Shown here one piece after another: positions 8,033 to 17,558 of a stretch of DNA of 34,327 nucleotides. The DNA is taken from the sequence record SRR31156797_6791; one strand, 5' to 3'. Under the pieces are notes generated by a model. The model worked only from the letters and a program-made list of their open reading frames with translations. It searched no databases and was not told the DNA's origin. Position numbers and translations under genes: made by a program. Numbering within the stretch: the first letter of the stretch is position 1; each line of letters starts with the position of its first letter.

Positions 8033-8141
8033 GAACACGCATTCATTTATATATATTTGCATGTTAGACTAAATGAGTTTTCTGCCTGGCATGAATGCTC
8101 TGTTTGAATATTTAAAGAATATCTCTGGAGATTAAAATAAT

Positions 8142-10034
8142 ATGGAATCAATCATTAGTTTTTTTTGCAGCAAAGTAGAAGCGTTTGCAAGTAACCCCCT
8201 ACTATGGGAAAAAGAAGGAAATCAGTTTCAGGCGACGTCATATAAAGAAACCTTCGATCAGGTAAGTCAATTAGCTGTAGGCTTAAAAGAGTTTGGTTTA
8301 CACCCAGAAGATAAAGTAGCCTTACTCTCTGAGGGAAGAAACCTTTGGCTTATCAGTGAGTTGGCTGTATTGAGTAATAAAGCCATTACAGTTCCTTTAT
8401 CTATCAAACTGGAACCTGATAATGATTTGATTTTTCGTTTACAACATTCTGAAAGCTCTTACATATTCGTTTCCGAAAACCAATTAGCTAAAATCAGATT
8501 GGTAAAGAAACAATTAGGTAATCTTAAAAAAATAATTGTTTTCTCAACTCAGATTCCACTGGAAGAGGATGAAATGTATGTTGAAGATTTGTTTAAGATT
8601 GGAAAAGAGCAATTGACCATAAATAACGAAGCGTATCGAGATTTGATAAAAGAAGTAGAACCTGATGATATTGCAACCATTACCTATACTTCAGGAACAA
8701 CGGCTCAACCTAAGGGGATTATGCTTTCTCAGCATAACTACACAGCTAATGTTGAGCAGGCATTCAGCTATATAGATATTCCTCCTCACTATATTACTTT
8801 GGTGGTTTTACCATGGGATCATGCTTTTGCGCATACGGCAACATTGTATTCTTTTATGCGCACCGGAGCTAGCATAGCATCCGTACAGGTTGGCAAAAAC
8901 CAAATGGAAACGTTGAAGAACTTTGCCAATAACATTAAGGAAATTAAGCCTCATGTATTAATGAGTGTACCTGCCATGGCTAAAAACTTCAAGAAAAACA
9001 TTGAAAAGAACATTCAACAAAAAGGCAATACCATTTACAAGCTTTTCCAATTTGCCTTACAACTTTCTAATTGGTATAACGGTACAGGTAACAATAAAGG
9101 AAAAGGTATTAAATGCATCGCTAAACCCCTTTTGAATGTATTTAATAAGATTCTTTTTAGTAAAGTAAAAGTAGGATTCGGTGGTAATTTACAATTCTTT
9201 ATCGGAGGAGGGGCTTTGCTTGATTTTGATTTACAACAATTTTTCTATGCCATTGGTATACCGATGTATCAGGGATATGGACTAAGCGAAGCCTCACCTA
9301 TTATTTCGGCAAACACTCCGGTTTATCATAAATTAGGTTCATCAGGAAAAGTAGTCAATGATCTTGAAATTAAAATTTGTGATGAAGAGGGTAATGCTCT
9401 TCCTGTAGGCCAATCTGGTGAAATTGTAGTAAAAGGCGCCAACGTAATGAAAGGGTACTGGAGAAATGAAGAAGCTACAGCAGAAACCATAAAAGAGAAC
9501 TGGCTATACACCGGGGATTTAGGATATCTTGACGCAGAAAATTACTTATATGTAAAAGGAAGATTTAAAAGCCTGCTCATTGGTTCTGACGGAGAAAAAT
9601 ATAGCCCGGAAGGTATTGAAGAAGCGATCATCGACAACTGTGACCTGATCGATCAAATTATGCTTTATAATAATCAAAATGCATATACCACTGCTATAGT
9701 TGTTCCCAACACTGAGAAAATAAAGCAGATGTTGAACTCAAATATTCAAAACGAGCAAATTATCAAAGCCATTGAATATCAAATTAACTATTTTAAAACC
9801 GGTGGTAAATTAGAAAATATGTTCCCACAACGATGGTTACCTTCTACATTTGCCATTGCAAATGAATCTTTCTCTGAACAAAACAAACTTATTAACAGCA
9901 CCATGAAAATGGTGAGAGATAAGGTAGCGGAACATTTCAAAGCAGAATTAGATGTTTGTTATTCTCCAGAAGGCAAAAAATCATCGAATAATATGAATAT
10001 AGAAAACCTAACAAAATTAATTCAGACAAGCTAA
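8142..10034 (+). CDS. Long-chain fatty acyl-CoA synthetase (AMP-binding, FadD/FAA1-like)
   Basis: YTSGTTAQPKG P-loop, QGYGLSE, WLYTGDLG and GRFKSL motifs; -7 element TATATTTG at 8052-8059. Confidence 0.93.
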   Translation: MESIISFFCSKVEAFASNPLLWEKEGNQFQATSYKETFDQVSQLAVGLKEFGLHPEDKVALLSEGRNLWLISELAVLSNKAITVPLSIKLEPDNDLIFRLQHSESSYIFVSENQLAKIRLVKKQLGNLKKIIVFSTQIPLEEDEMYVEDLFKIGKEQLTINNEAYRDLIKEVEPDDIATITYTSGTTAQPKGIMLSQHNYTANVEQAFSYIDIPPHYITLVVLPWDHAFAHTATLYSFMRTGASIASVQVGKNQMETLKNFANNIKEIKPHVLMSVPAMAKNFKKNIEKNIQQKGNTIYKLFQFALQLSNWYNGTGNNKGKGIKCIAKPLLNVFNKILFSKVKVGFGGNLQFFIGGGALLDFDLQQFFYAIGIPMYQGYGLSEASPIISANTPVYHKLGSSGKVVNDLEIKICDEEGNALPVGQSGEIVVKGANVMKGYWRNEEATAETIKENWLYTGDLGYLDAENYLYVKGRFKSLLIGSDGEKYSPEGIEEAIIDNCDLIDQIMLYNNQNAYTTAIVVPNTEKIKQMLNSNIQNEQIIKAIEYQINYFKTGGKLENMFPQRWLPSTFAIANESFSEQNKLINSTMKMVRDKVAEHFKAELDVCYSPEGKKSSNNMNIENLTKLIQTS

Positions 10035-10209
10035 GCTCTATACATTTTATAAATAAGATTGCTGTCTAGTAAATTTTAACCTCATCCAAGGATTCATTGC
10101 TCATTAAAAAAAGGACTGTTAACTAATTTCTAATAAAAAATAGAGGTATTTTGCTCTATAAATAAGATTTAATTCTATTTTTGCACTTGTATGGTATAAT
10201 TTATTTAAT

Positions 10210-10246
10210 GATGAAATACTTGATTTGATAGTATTTCGTCTTTTTT
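10210..10246 (+). terminator. Rho-independent terminator-like hairpin
   Basis: gatgaaatact/agtatttcgtc stem followed by a T6 run. Confidence 0.6.
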
Positions 10247-10393
10247 ATATCATTTTGATTAACAATATGATTTGTTTTTACTATAAAATTCAAAAAAGTT
10301 TAAAAAGTAAAGGCTTTTGACTAAAAACATTTTTCTTTTATTAAACTTTTTGGCATTTTTACAAGTAATAAACCTGTTGATAAACTGATCTAA

Positions 10394-11275
10394 ATGCATA
10401 AACACCTAAAAAAGGCCCTGCTAGCCTGCTTAGTCTTGTTCTTTTCTTTATCTGTTTCCAGTCAGTACAGAAGAAAAAGAAATCAGTTCCTTGAAGGCTT
10501 TAAGGTACAACCCAAAGCAGGTATTAATATGTTTTTTGGGGATTTAGTAACTCAGGGCAGAACTAACTATGTTTTTGGTGTGGCTGCAGAAAAAGAGGTA
10601 CTCCCATTTTTAAATGTTAGACTTGATGTTGATTACGGTTCTATGAAAGGAACACAAATCAATGAAGGTTTCACTGAACCATATGCATATTTTAAAAATT
10701 CATTTATGTATTTTAATGCAGGTGCTACTTTCAGACCTTTAGATTTAGCATTTGGTCTTTTCAGACAACGTTTATTTAAACCATATGTAATTGGACAGAT
10801 TGGTATGGTACAATATAGTGCCACTGAATATTGGGGGCCGGATGGACCTATCAGATCTGGTTTTCGTGAAGTTGATGATGTTTGGAGGGAAACAAGTGGT
10901 ATGACACCTAACCTTTCTTTTGGTGGCGGAGTTAGTTTCTATTTTACATCCAATATTAGTTTTACTGCTGAATTTATTGCCACAGCTTTAGTTTCTGATC
11001 AATTAGACGGACACGATGTTTGGTATACAGGCTGGTTTGACTATGATGACACTGGAGATCCGAATACTTTAACAGAATATCAAACAGAAGGCAATGACTT
11101 TTTCTACATGGGAACTGTTGGACTAACCTATACATTTGATGATAGTCATTGGAAAAACTCGCCTAAATATAACCGTAAAGCTTACCTAAGAACTAGAAGT
11201 TTATACAAACAGAAACGATCTAAAAAATACAAACGCCCATCTAAACGAAGCGTGAAAAGATACAGAAAAAGATAA
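10394..11275 (+). CDS. Outer-membrane beta-barrel protein (OmpA/DUF6089-like) with a very basic C-terminal tail
   Basis: Signal peptide; alternating amphipathic strands (GINMFFGDL, PYVIGQIG, GGGVSFYF); SDQLDG; beta-signal-like GLTYTF followed by a Lys/Arg-rich tail of about 45 aa. Confidence 0.75.
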   Translation: MHKHLKKALLACLVLFFSLSVSSQYRRKRNQFLEGFKVQPKAGINMFFGDLVTQGRTNYVFGVAAEKEVLPFLNVRLDVDYGSMKGTQINEGFTEPYAYFKNSFMYFNAGATFRPLDLAFGLFRQRLFKPYVIGQIGMVQYSATEYWGPDGPIRSGFREVDDVWRETSGMTPNLSFGGGVSFYFTSNISFTAEFIATALVSDQLDGHDVWYTGWFDYDDTGDPNTLTEYQTEGNDFFYMGTVGLTYTFDDSHWKNSPKYNRKAYLRTRSLYKQKRSKKYKRPSKRSVKRYRKR

Positions 11276-11279
11276 TACC

Positions 11280-11312
11280 AAAAGCTCCTTAAATTTTAAG
11301 GGGCTTTTTTTT
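11280..11312 (+). terminator. Rho-independent terminator
   Basis: aaaagctccttaa/ttaaggggctttt stem with T-run. Confidence 0.8.
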
Positions 11313-11384
11313 GCACTCCCCTTCTTTTATAAACTATTTACTCTTCCTATATGTTAGTTAATCATTATCTAGATTATACGATTG

Positions 11385-13391
11385 ATGGATTTAAAAATAA
11401 CAGCTGATTTTAACCCCACAGGAGATCAACCTGAAGCCATAAAGCAGTTATCAAGCGGAATTAATGATCAAGTCCCTCACCAGACCTTGTTGGGTGTTAC
11501 CGGATCGGGAAAAACATTTACTATTGCTAACGTTATAGAAAAGGTTCAAAAACCCACGCTGGTTTTAAGCCATAATAAAACACTGGCCGCACAGTTGTAT
11601 GGAGAATTTAAGAATTTCTTTCCGGAAAATGCTGTTGAATATTTTGTATCCTATTATGATTATTATCAACCGGAAGCATATTTACCGGTAACTGATACCT
11701 ATATTGAAAAAGATCTTTCGATCAACGACGAAATAGAGAAGCTAAGACTTAGTGCCAGCTCCTCACTCCTATCAGGTCGTAAAGATATTATTGTGGTTTC
11801 TTCTGTATCCTGTTTATATGGTATTGGCAACCCGGAAGACTTCCATGCCAATGTTACCCAGCTGGAAGTAGGTCAAAATATAGGTCGAAATCAATTATTA
11901 AGACAATTGGTTGATAGTTTATATTCCAGAAACGAAATTGAATTTAACAGGGGAAATTTCAGGGTTAAAGGAGATACAGTAGAAATATTCCCTGCATATG
12001 CAGATGATGCCTACCGTATTGGATTTTGGGGCGATGAAATAGAAGAAATCACCGTATTTGATCCTGTTAATGGAACAACGCTTGCCGAGCGTGAGAGTAT
12101 TTTGGTTTACCCGGCTAATTTATTCGTTACGACAAAAGAAAGAACACAATTAGCTATCCGAATGATTCAGGATGATTTACTGGATCAAACCACTTATTTG
12201 AAAGACATCGGTAAACACTCAGAAGCAAAAAGACTGGAAGAAAGAGTGAATTACGACCTTGAAATGATTAAAGAGCTGGGATATTGCCCTGGCATTGAAA
12301 ATTATTCCAGGTATTTTGATGGCAGGGAAGCAGGAACAAGACCATTCTGTTTATTAGATTATTTCCCTGATGATTTTTTGATGGTCATTGACGAAAGCCA
12401 TGTAACCATACCGCAAATCAGAGCCATGTATGGTGGTGACCGTTCCAGAAAAGAAACCTTGGTAGAACATGGTTTTCGCTTACCTGCAGCCATTGATAAC
12501 CGTCCCCTTAAATTTGAAGAATTTGAGAATATTGTCAATCAATCTATATATGTTTCTGCTACTCCTGCTGATTATGAAATCGAAAAGAGTGAAGGTGTAA
12601 TTGTTGAACAGGTTATTCGCCCTACCGGATTACTGGATCCTATTATTGAAGTCAGACCCAGCCTCAATCAGATTGATAATCTTTTGGAAGAAATAAGGCA
12701 GCGAATTGAAGCCAAAGAAAGAGTACTGGTTACCACACTAACCAAGAGAATGGCTGAGGAATTAACCAATTACCTTCAAAAATTAAATATTAGTTGTGAG
12801 TATATTCACTCTGATGTAGATACGCTACTGAGGGTAGAAATTATGGAGAACCTGAGAAAGGGTGTTTTTGATGTGCTCTTAGGTGTTAACTTATTGCGGG
12901 AAGGATTAGATTTACCGGAAGTTTCTTTAGTCGCTATTTTGGATGCAGATAAAGAAGGTTTTCTTCGTTCCGAACGATCATTGACACAAACAGCGGGTAG
13001 AGCAGCCCGTAACATTAACGGTTTGGTGATTATGTATGCAGATAAAATCACCCAGTCCATGCAAAAAACGATTGATGCCACCAATCACCGACGAGAAAAG
13101 CAGTTAAAATACAACGAAGAACATAACATTACCCCACAACAAATCAATAAAAAACAAACCGGAATATTAGGAAAGTCAACAGCAGAAGAAAAAGCCTATA
13201 TAGAACCTGAAAATGCAGATATTGCTGCAGATCCTGTGGTAGGTTATATGAGTATAGAAGGACTGGAAAAAGCTATAGAAAAAGCGAAAAAAGCCATGCA
13301 AAAAGCCTCCAAAGAGCTTGATTTTATCACAGCTGCTCAATACAGAGATGAAATGTTTAAATTACAGAAATTACTAAAAGAAAAACAGTAA
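11385..13391 (+). CDS. uvrB: Excinuclease ABC subunit B
   Basis: PTGDQP, GVTGSGKT, YYDYYQPEAY beta-hairpin, DESH, QTAGRAARN, C-terminal UVR domain. Confidence 0.99.
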   Translation: MDLKITADFNPTGDQPEAIKQLSSGINDQVPHQTLLGVTGSGKTFTIANVIEKVQKPTLVLSHNKTLAAQLYGEFKNFFPENAVEYFVSYYDYYQPEAYLPVTDTYIEKDLSINDEIEKLRLSASSSLLSGRKDIIVVSSVSCLYGIGNPEDFHANVTQLEVGQNIGRNQLLRQLVDSLYSRNEIEFNRGNFRVKGDTVEIFPAYADDAYRIGFWGDEIEEITVFDPVNGTTLAERESILVYPANLFVTTKERTQLAIRMIQDDLLDQTTYLKDIGKHSEAKRLEERVNYDLEMIKELGYCPGIENYSRYFDGREAGTRPFCLLDYFPDDFLMVIDESHVTIPQIRAMYGGDRSRKETLVEHGFRLPAAIDNRPLKFEEFENIVNQSIYVSATPADYEIEKSEGVIVEQVIRPTGLLDPIIEVRPSLNQIDNLLEEIRQRIEAKERVLVTTLTKRMAEELTNYLQKLNISCEYIHSDVDTLLRVEIMENLRKGVFDVLLGVNLLREGLDLPEVSLVAILDADKEGFLRSERSLTQTAGRAARNINGLVIMYADKITQSMQKTIDATNHRREKQLKYNEEHNITPQQINKKQTGILGKSTAEEKAYIEPENADIAADPVVGYMSIEGLEKAIEKAKKAMQKASKELDFITAAQYRDEMFKLQKLLKEKQ

Positions 13392-13519
13392 CCGATTTAG
13401 CCATAAAGGCCAAGCGATTACTGTTGATATCTATATTTTTAGATTATCCTCTTATTCTGTAACAATCAAAAGAATAAGCTAACAATTATTTATTGCAAAC
13501 TGAGTATTTTTTACTCAAG

Positions 13520-13561
13520 ATTGCCGACTAATAACTGTTTACTGTACACTGCTAACTAAAC
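13520..13561 (+). repeat. 7-bp tandem repeat tract
   Basis: attgccg|actaata|actgttt|actgtac|actgcta|actaaac. Confidence 0.75.
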
Positions 13562-14530
13562 CTACTTCTCCATTTCTTTATATACCAAAGCACTGGCCCC
13601 AACAATCGCAGCATCCCCACTATCTAACTCTGAAGGTAGTACTTTGATTTTATCCTTAAAGATAGGCAACAAATGCTCTTCCATACTCTCTTTAGTTGGC
13701 TTAAAGATATAATCACCGGCAGCAGTAGGTCCGCCAAACAAGAAAATAGCTTCAGGACTTAAGTGATGAACGGTATCTGCCAATCCCTGACCCAAATACT
13801 TTCCTGTTAGTTCAAAAACTTCTAAAGCCACCTTATCGCCACTTTCTGCAGCATCAAAAATCATTTTAGAATCCAGCTCATTAAAAGACCTGTTGGCCAA
13901 TAAACTATCTGTAGCATTGTATTTAGCCATCAACTCAAATGCTGTTCTCTTCATACCTGGTGCTGAACAATAAGCCTCTAAATGACCTTTAGCTCCACAA
14001 CCACATAATCTTCCATCAGGAATTAATGTCGTATGACCGCATTCTCCGGCAAATCCATCATGTCCGTATACTAAATCTCCATTTACCACAATACCACTTC
14101 CAACTCCGGTACCTAAAGTAAACATGACAAAGTTTTTCATTCCCTTGGCACCACCATAAATCATTTCACCAATTGTGGCAGCATTGGCATCATTGGTTAA
14201 GGCCAGGTAATCCAGCTCAGGAAATCTCTTTTTAAGAAGATCAACTAAAGGTACCACACCCTTAAAAGACAAGTTTGGCGCATATTCAATAGTTCCACTA
14301 TAATAATTTCCGTTAGGTGCACCAACGCCAATCCCCAATACTGTTAATATTTCGCCGGTAGAATTAAGCAATTCTCTGATAGCAGCTGCCAAGTCATCCA
14401 TATACTTATCAATATCTCCATGACCCGGAGTACTTATACCGCCTTTAGCAATTACTTTTCCGGCTTCATCAACGATACCGATTGCGGTGTTGGTTCCGCC
14501 TATATCTACACCAACTGATACTTTTTTCAT
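13562..14530 (-). CDS. ROK-family sugar kinase (glucokinase-like)
   Basis: GVDIGGT, NDANAA, TLGTGVGSG, GECGH and CGCG..GHLE zinc motif; no N-terminal HTH. Confidence 0.93.
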   Translation of the reverse strand: MKKVSVGVDIGGTNTAIGIVDEAGKVIAKGGISTPGHGDIDKYMDDLAAAIRELLNSTGEILTVLGIGVGAPNGNYYSGTIEYAPNLSFKGVVPLVDLLKKRFPELDYLALTNDANAATIGEMIYGGAKGMKNFVMFTLGTGVGSGIVVNGDLVYGHDGFAGECGHTTLIPDGRLCGCGAKGHLEAYCSAPGMKRTAFELMAKYNATDSLLANRSFNELDSKMIFDAAESGDKVALEVFELTGKYLGQGLADTVHHLSPEAIFLFGGPTAAGDYIFKPTKESMEEHLLPIFKDKIKVLPSELDSGDAAIVGASALVYKEMEK

Positions 14531-14704
14531 AATCAAGTTTTTGATTTTAATGTGTTATTGAATTATTATGAGCACAGGTATGCCAAAAATATAAATAAAT
14601 AGAAAAACATAACACTTAAAACGAAAAAAAGGTAAGCCAACCAAACATTATCGGTTAACTCACCTTTAGGGGTAAAAAACAACTATTTTTAATTTCTTAA
14701 TATT

Positions 14705-16084
14705 TTACTTCCATACCTCTTCCATTTCTTCCAATGTTTTACCTTTAGTTTCCGGTACCATTTTCCATACAAAAAAGGCAGACAGGATACTCATGATTCC
14801 ATAAAACATATAAGTAGCACCTCCACTAAACTCCATCATAGCCGGATAAGTGGAAGAAATAAAATAATTTGCTGACCATTGTGCTGCCACAGCAATGGCA
14901 ATAGCTTTACCTCTTATTTTATTTGGGAAAATTTCACCAATTAAAACCCAACAAATAGGTCCCCAACTCATCATAAAAGAGGCTGTATATATAATAATGA
15001 ACACTAAAGTTCCTATACCAATCACTTCAAAAAAGGATAACATACCGATAGCCACCATACCAATAGCCATACCAATGGAGCCTGTTATCAATAAAGGTTT
15101 ACGTCCCCATTTATCGACTGTTAAAATGGCAATAACGGTAAATACCACATTTACTAATCCCATGACAATGGTTTGTAACATACTGGCATCCTTGGCAGCT
15201 CCCATACTTTCGAAAATACGTGGTGCATAATACAAGGCAACGTTAATACCAACAAATTGCTGAAATACAGAAAGTAGAATACCGATAATGATCACTACTT
15301 TTCCATATGCAAATAGCGTGGATGATGATTTTTGTACGGTTCCTTTAATATCTTCAAGTATATTTTTAGCTGCACTTAATCCATTAATTCTTTCTAAAAT
15401 GGACAATGCTTTTTCATCCTGACCATGCATAGCCAGATATCTTGGTGTTTCTGGTACTAATAGAAGAAATAAACCAAACAAACCTGCAGGAATAGCTTCT
15501 GACATAAACATATAACGCCATCCTGTTTCATTTATCCAATCAAGACTTTGACCTTTAGCAATACGCCAGTTTACAAAATATACAACCAGCATACCGAAAA
15601 TAATGGCAAACTGGTTAAAAGAGATTAATCTTCCTCTAAGGTGCGCAGGGGCTATCTCACTAATATACATAGGACTAATCGCAGAAGCTAGTCCTACTCC
15701 AATTCCTCCAATTACCCTGTAAAAATTAAACATGTAAAGCAACCCCATTGTAGCTTTACCTGGTTCGAAGAATAGAAACTCAGGCTTACCGGATCCCAAC
15801 GCCGATATAAAAAAGAGAACTGCAGCAACAATTAATGAGTTTTTTCGACCTAAACGAGAAGCTAATAACCCGGAAATGGCACCTCCAATAATACATCCTA
15901 TTAAAGCACTGGAAACAGTAGCTCCATGAGCAAAGGAATTTAAATTAAGTCCGTCTATTAAAAAGGCCTGAATTGATTTTTCAGCACCAGAAATAACAGC
16001 TGTATCATAACCAAATAATAAACCACCCAGAGTTGCCACCAAGGTTAAAAGTATGATATAAGCTGTACTTTGTTTATTGTCCAT
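14705..16084 (-). CDS. xylE: D-xylose:proton symporter (MFS sugar porter)
   Basis: GGLLFGYDTAVISG, PETPR, QQFVGIN, PETKGKTLEE; adjacent to xylA. Confidence 0.95.
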   Translation of the reverse strand: MDNKQSTAYIILLTLVATLGGLLFGYDTAVISGAEKSIQAFLIDGLNLNSFAHGATVSSALIGCIIGGAISGLLASRLGRKNSLIVAAVLFFISALGSGKPEFLFFEPGKATMGLLYMFNFYRVIGGIGVGLASAISPMYISEIAPAHLRGRLISFNQFAIIFGMLVVYFVNWRIAKGQSLDWINETGWRYMFMSEAIPAGLFGLFLLLVPETPRYLAMHGQDEKALSILERINGLSAAKNILEDIKGTVQKSSSTLFAYGKVVIIIGILLSVFQQFVGINVALYYAPRIFESMGAAKDASMLQTIVMGLVNVVFTVIAILTVDKWGRKPLLITGSIGMAIGMVAIGMLSFFEVIGIGTLVFIIIYTASFMMSWGPICWVLIGEIFPNKIRGKAIAIAVAAQWSANYFISSTYPAMMEFSGGATYMFYGIMSILSAFFVWKMVPETKGKTLEEMEEVWK

Positions 16085-16138
16085 ATGTAGATTATTTTTT
16101 TTGATTTTAGATGGTGTTGATTTTTATGATTGTAAAAG

Positions 16139-16175
16139 AGAAAACCAGGACGCTGATCAATCATCCCGGTTTTCT
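16139..16175 (-). terminator. Hairpin or partial terminator between xylA and xylE
   Basis: agaaaaccagga/tcccggttttct inverted repeat; a T-rich run follows on the minus strand. Confidence 0.6.
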
Positions 16176-16183
16176 ATATTAAT

Positions 16184-17509
16184 CTACATATACCAATTTA
16201 ACATTTGCTCGTATAATTCCTGCTTACCACTAATCATAGCCGGCTCTCCTACTTCTTTACCAATTTTGTAAAGATCTTCCAGCGTTAAACCACCTGCAGC
16301 AAATTCAGCTCCTTTACCCGTATTAAATGAGGCATAACGATCTGATCTCATTTTAAGGTAATCTGATTCCTGTAAAATTCTGTCAGCAATAACTAAAGCT
16401 CTTGCAAAAACATCCATACCACCAATGTGAGCGATAAAAATATCTTCCAAATCAGTTGAGTTACGACGTACTTTAGCATCAAAGTTGATACCTCCGTCAA
16501 TCAAACCTCCACCTTGTAATACCTCTAACATAGCAGCCGTAGTCTCTGTAATATTAGTTGGGAACTCATCTGTATCCCATCCATTTTGGTAATCACCTTT
16601 GTTTGCATCAATGGAGCCTAACATATCATTATCAGCAGCTACTCTTAATTCGTGCTCCATAGTATGTTGCGCCAAAGTAGCGTGGTTAACCTCAATATTT
16701 AATTTAAAATCTTTATCTAAACCATAATTTTTTAAGAAACCTATAACCGTATGCGCATCCTGATCATATTGGTGCTTAGTTGGTTCCATTGGTTTAGGCT
16801 CAATAAAGAAAGTACCTTTAAATCCTTGTTTACGGGCATAATCACGAGCCATGCCTAACATACGACCAAGGTTGTCTAACTCTTGTTTCATGTTCGTATT
16901 ATGTAAGCTCATATAACCTTCACGTCCTCCCCAGAATACATATCCGGTACCACCTAAAGCAATAGTAGCATCGATCGCATTTTTTATCTGAACACCAGCA
17001 TTAGCTACCACATTGAAATCAGGGTTAGTAACAGCTCCGTTCATATAACGAGGGTCTGAAAATACATTCGCCGTACCCCAAAGTAATTTAACACCTGAAG
17101 CTGCTTGTTTTTCTTTAGCCACTTCAACAATCTGTGCTAATTTTTTCTCGATATCTAATACAGATCCACCTCCTACTAAATCTGTATCATGGAAACAATA
17201 ATGAGGAACACCTAATTTGGTAATAAATTCAAAGGCTGCATCCATTTTTTGTTTGGCTGCATCCATTTCGCTGGAAGCCTGATCCCACTCAAAAACCTGT
17301 GTTCCAGGACCAAATGGATCACCACCGTCACCGCAGAATGTATGCCAGTAAGCAATAGCAAAGCGCAAATGCTCCTTCATGGTCTTTCCTGCAACCACAC
17401 GATTTTCATCATACCATTTAAAAGCTAAAGGATTCTTAGATTCTGGTCCTTCAAACTTAATTTTGTCAATACCCTTAAAGTATTCCTTATTACCAATTAA
17501 AACATCCAT
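16184..17509 (-). CDS. xylA: Xylose isomerase (class II)
   Basis: [51 protein letters not shown]. Confidence 0.99.
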   Translation of the reverse strand: MDVLIGNKEYFKGIDKIKFEGPESKNPLAFKWYDENRVVAGKTMKEHLRFAIAYWHTFCGDGGDPFGPGTQVFEWDQASSEMDAAKQKMDAAFEFITKLGVPHYCFHDTDLVGGGSVLDIEKKLAQIVEVAKEKQAASGVKLLWGTANVFSDPRYMNGAVTNPDFNVVANAGVQIKNAIDATIALGGTGYVFWGGREGYMSLHNTNMKQELDNLGRMLGMARDYARKQGFKGTFFIEPKPMEPTKHQYDQDAHTVIGFLKNYGLDKDFKLNIEVNHATLAQHTMEHELRVAADNDMLGSIDANKGDYQNGWDTDEFPTNITETTAAMLEVLQGGGLIDGGINFDAKVRRNSTDLEDIFIAHIGGMDVFARALVIADRILQESDYLKMRSDRYASFNTGKGAEFAAGGLTLEDLYKIGKEVGEPAMISGKQELYEQMLNWYM

Positions 17510-17558
17510 TGTACTTCGTTTTAAATATTATACACTATTTATTTTATTATTATATCTC

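Noticed and set aside
13562-14530. XylR repressor
   Set aside because: The ROK domain starts at about residue 5 with an intact DIGGT phosphate loop and no HTH, so it is a kinase.
14571-14586. Third sigma54 promoter upstream of the ROK kinase (TGGCATACCTGTGC, minus strand)
   Set aside because: GG-GC spacing is 9 nt rather than 10 and no enhancer is visible; the overlapping TATTTTTG -7 element explains the site better.
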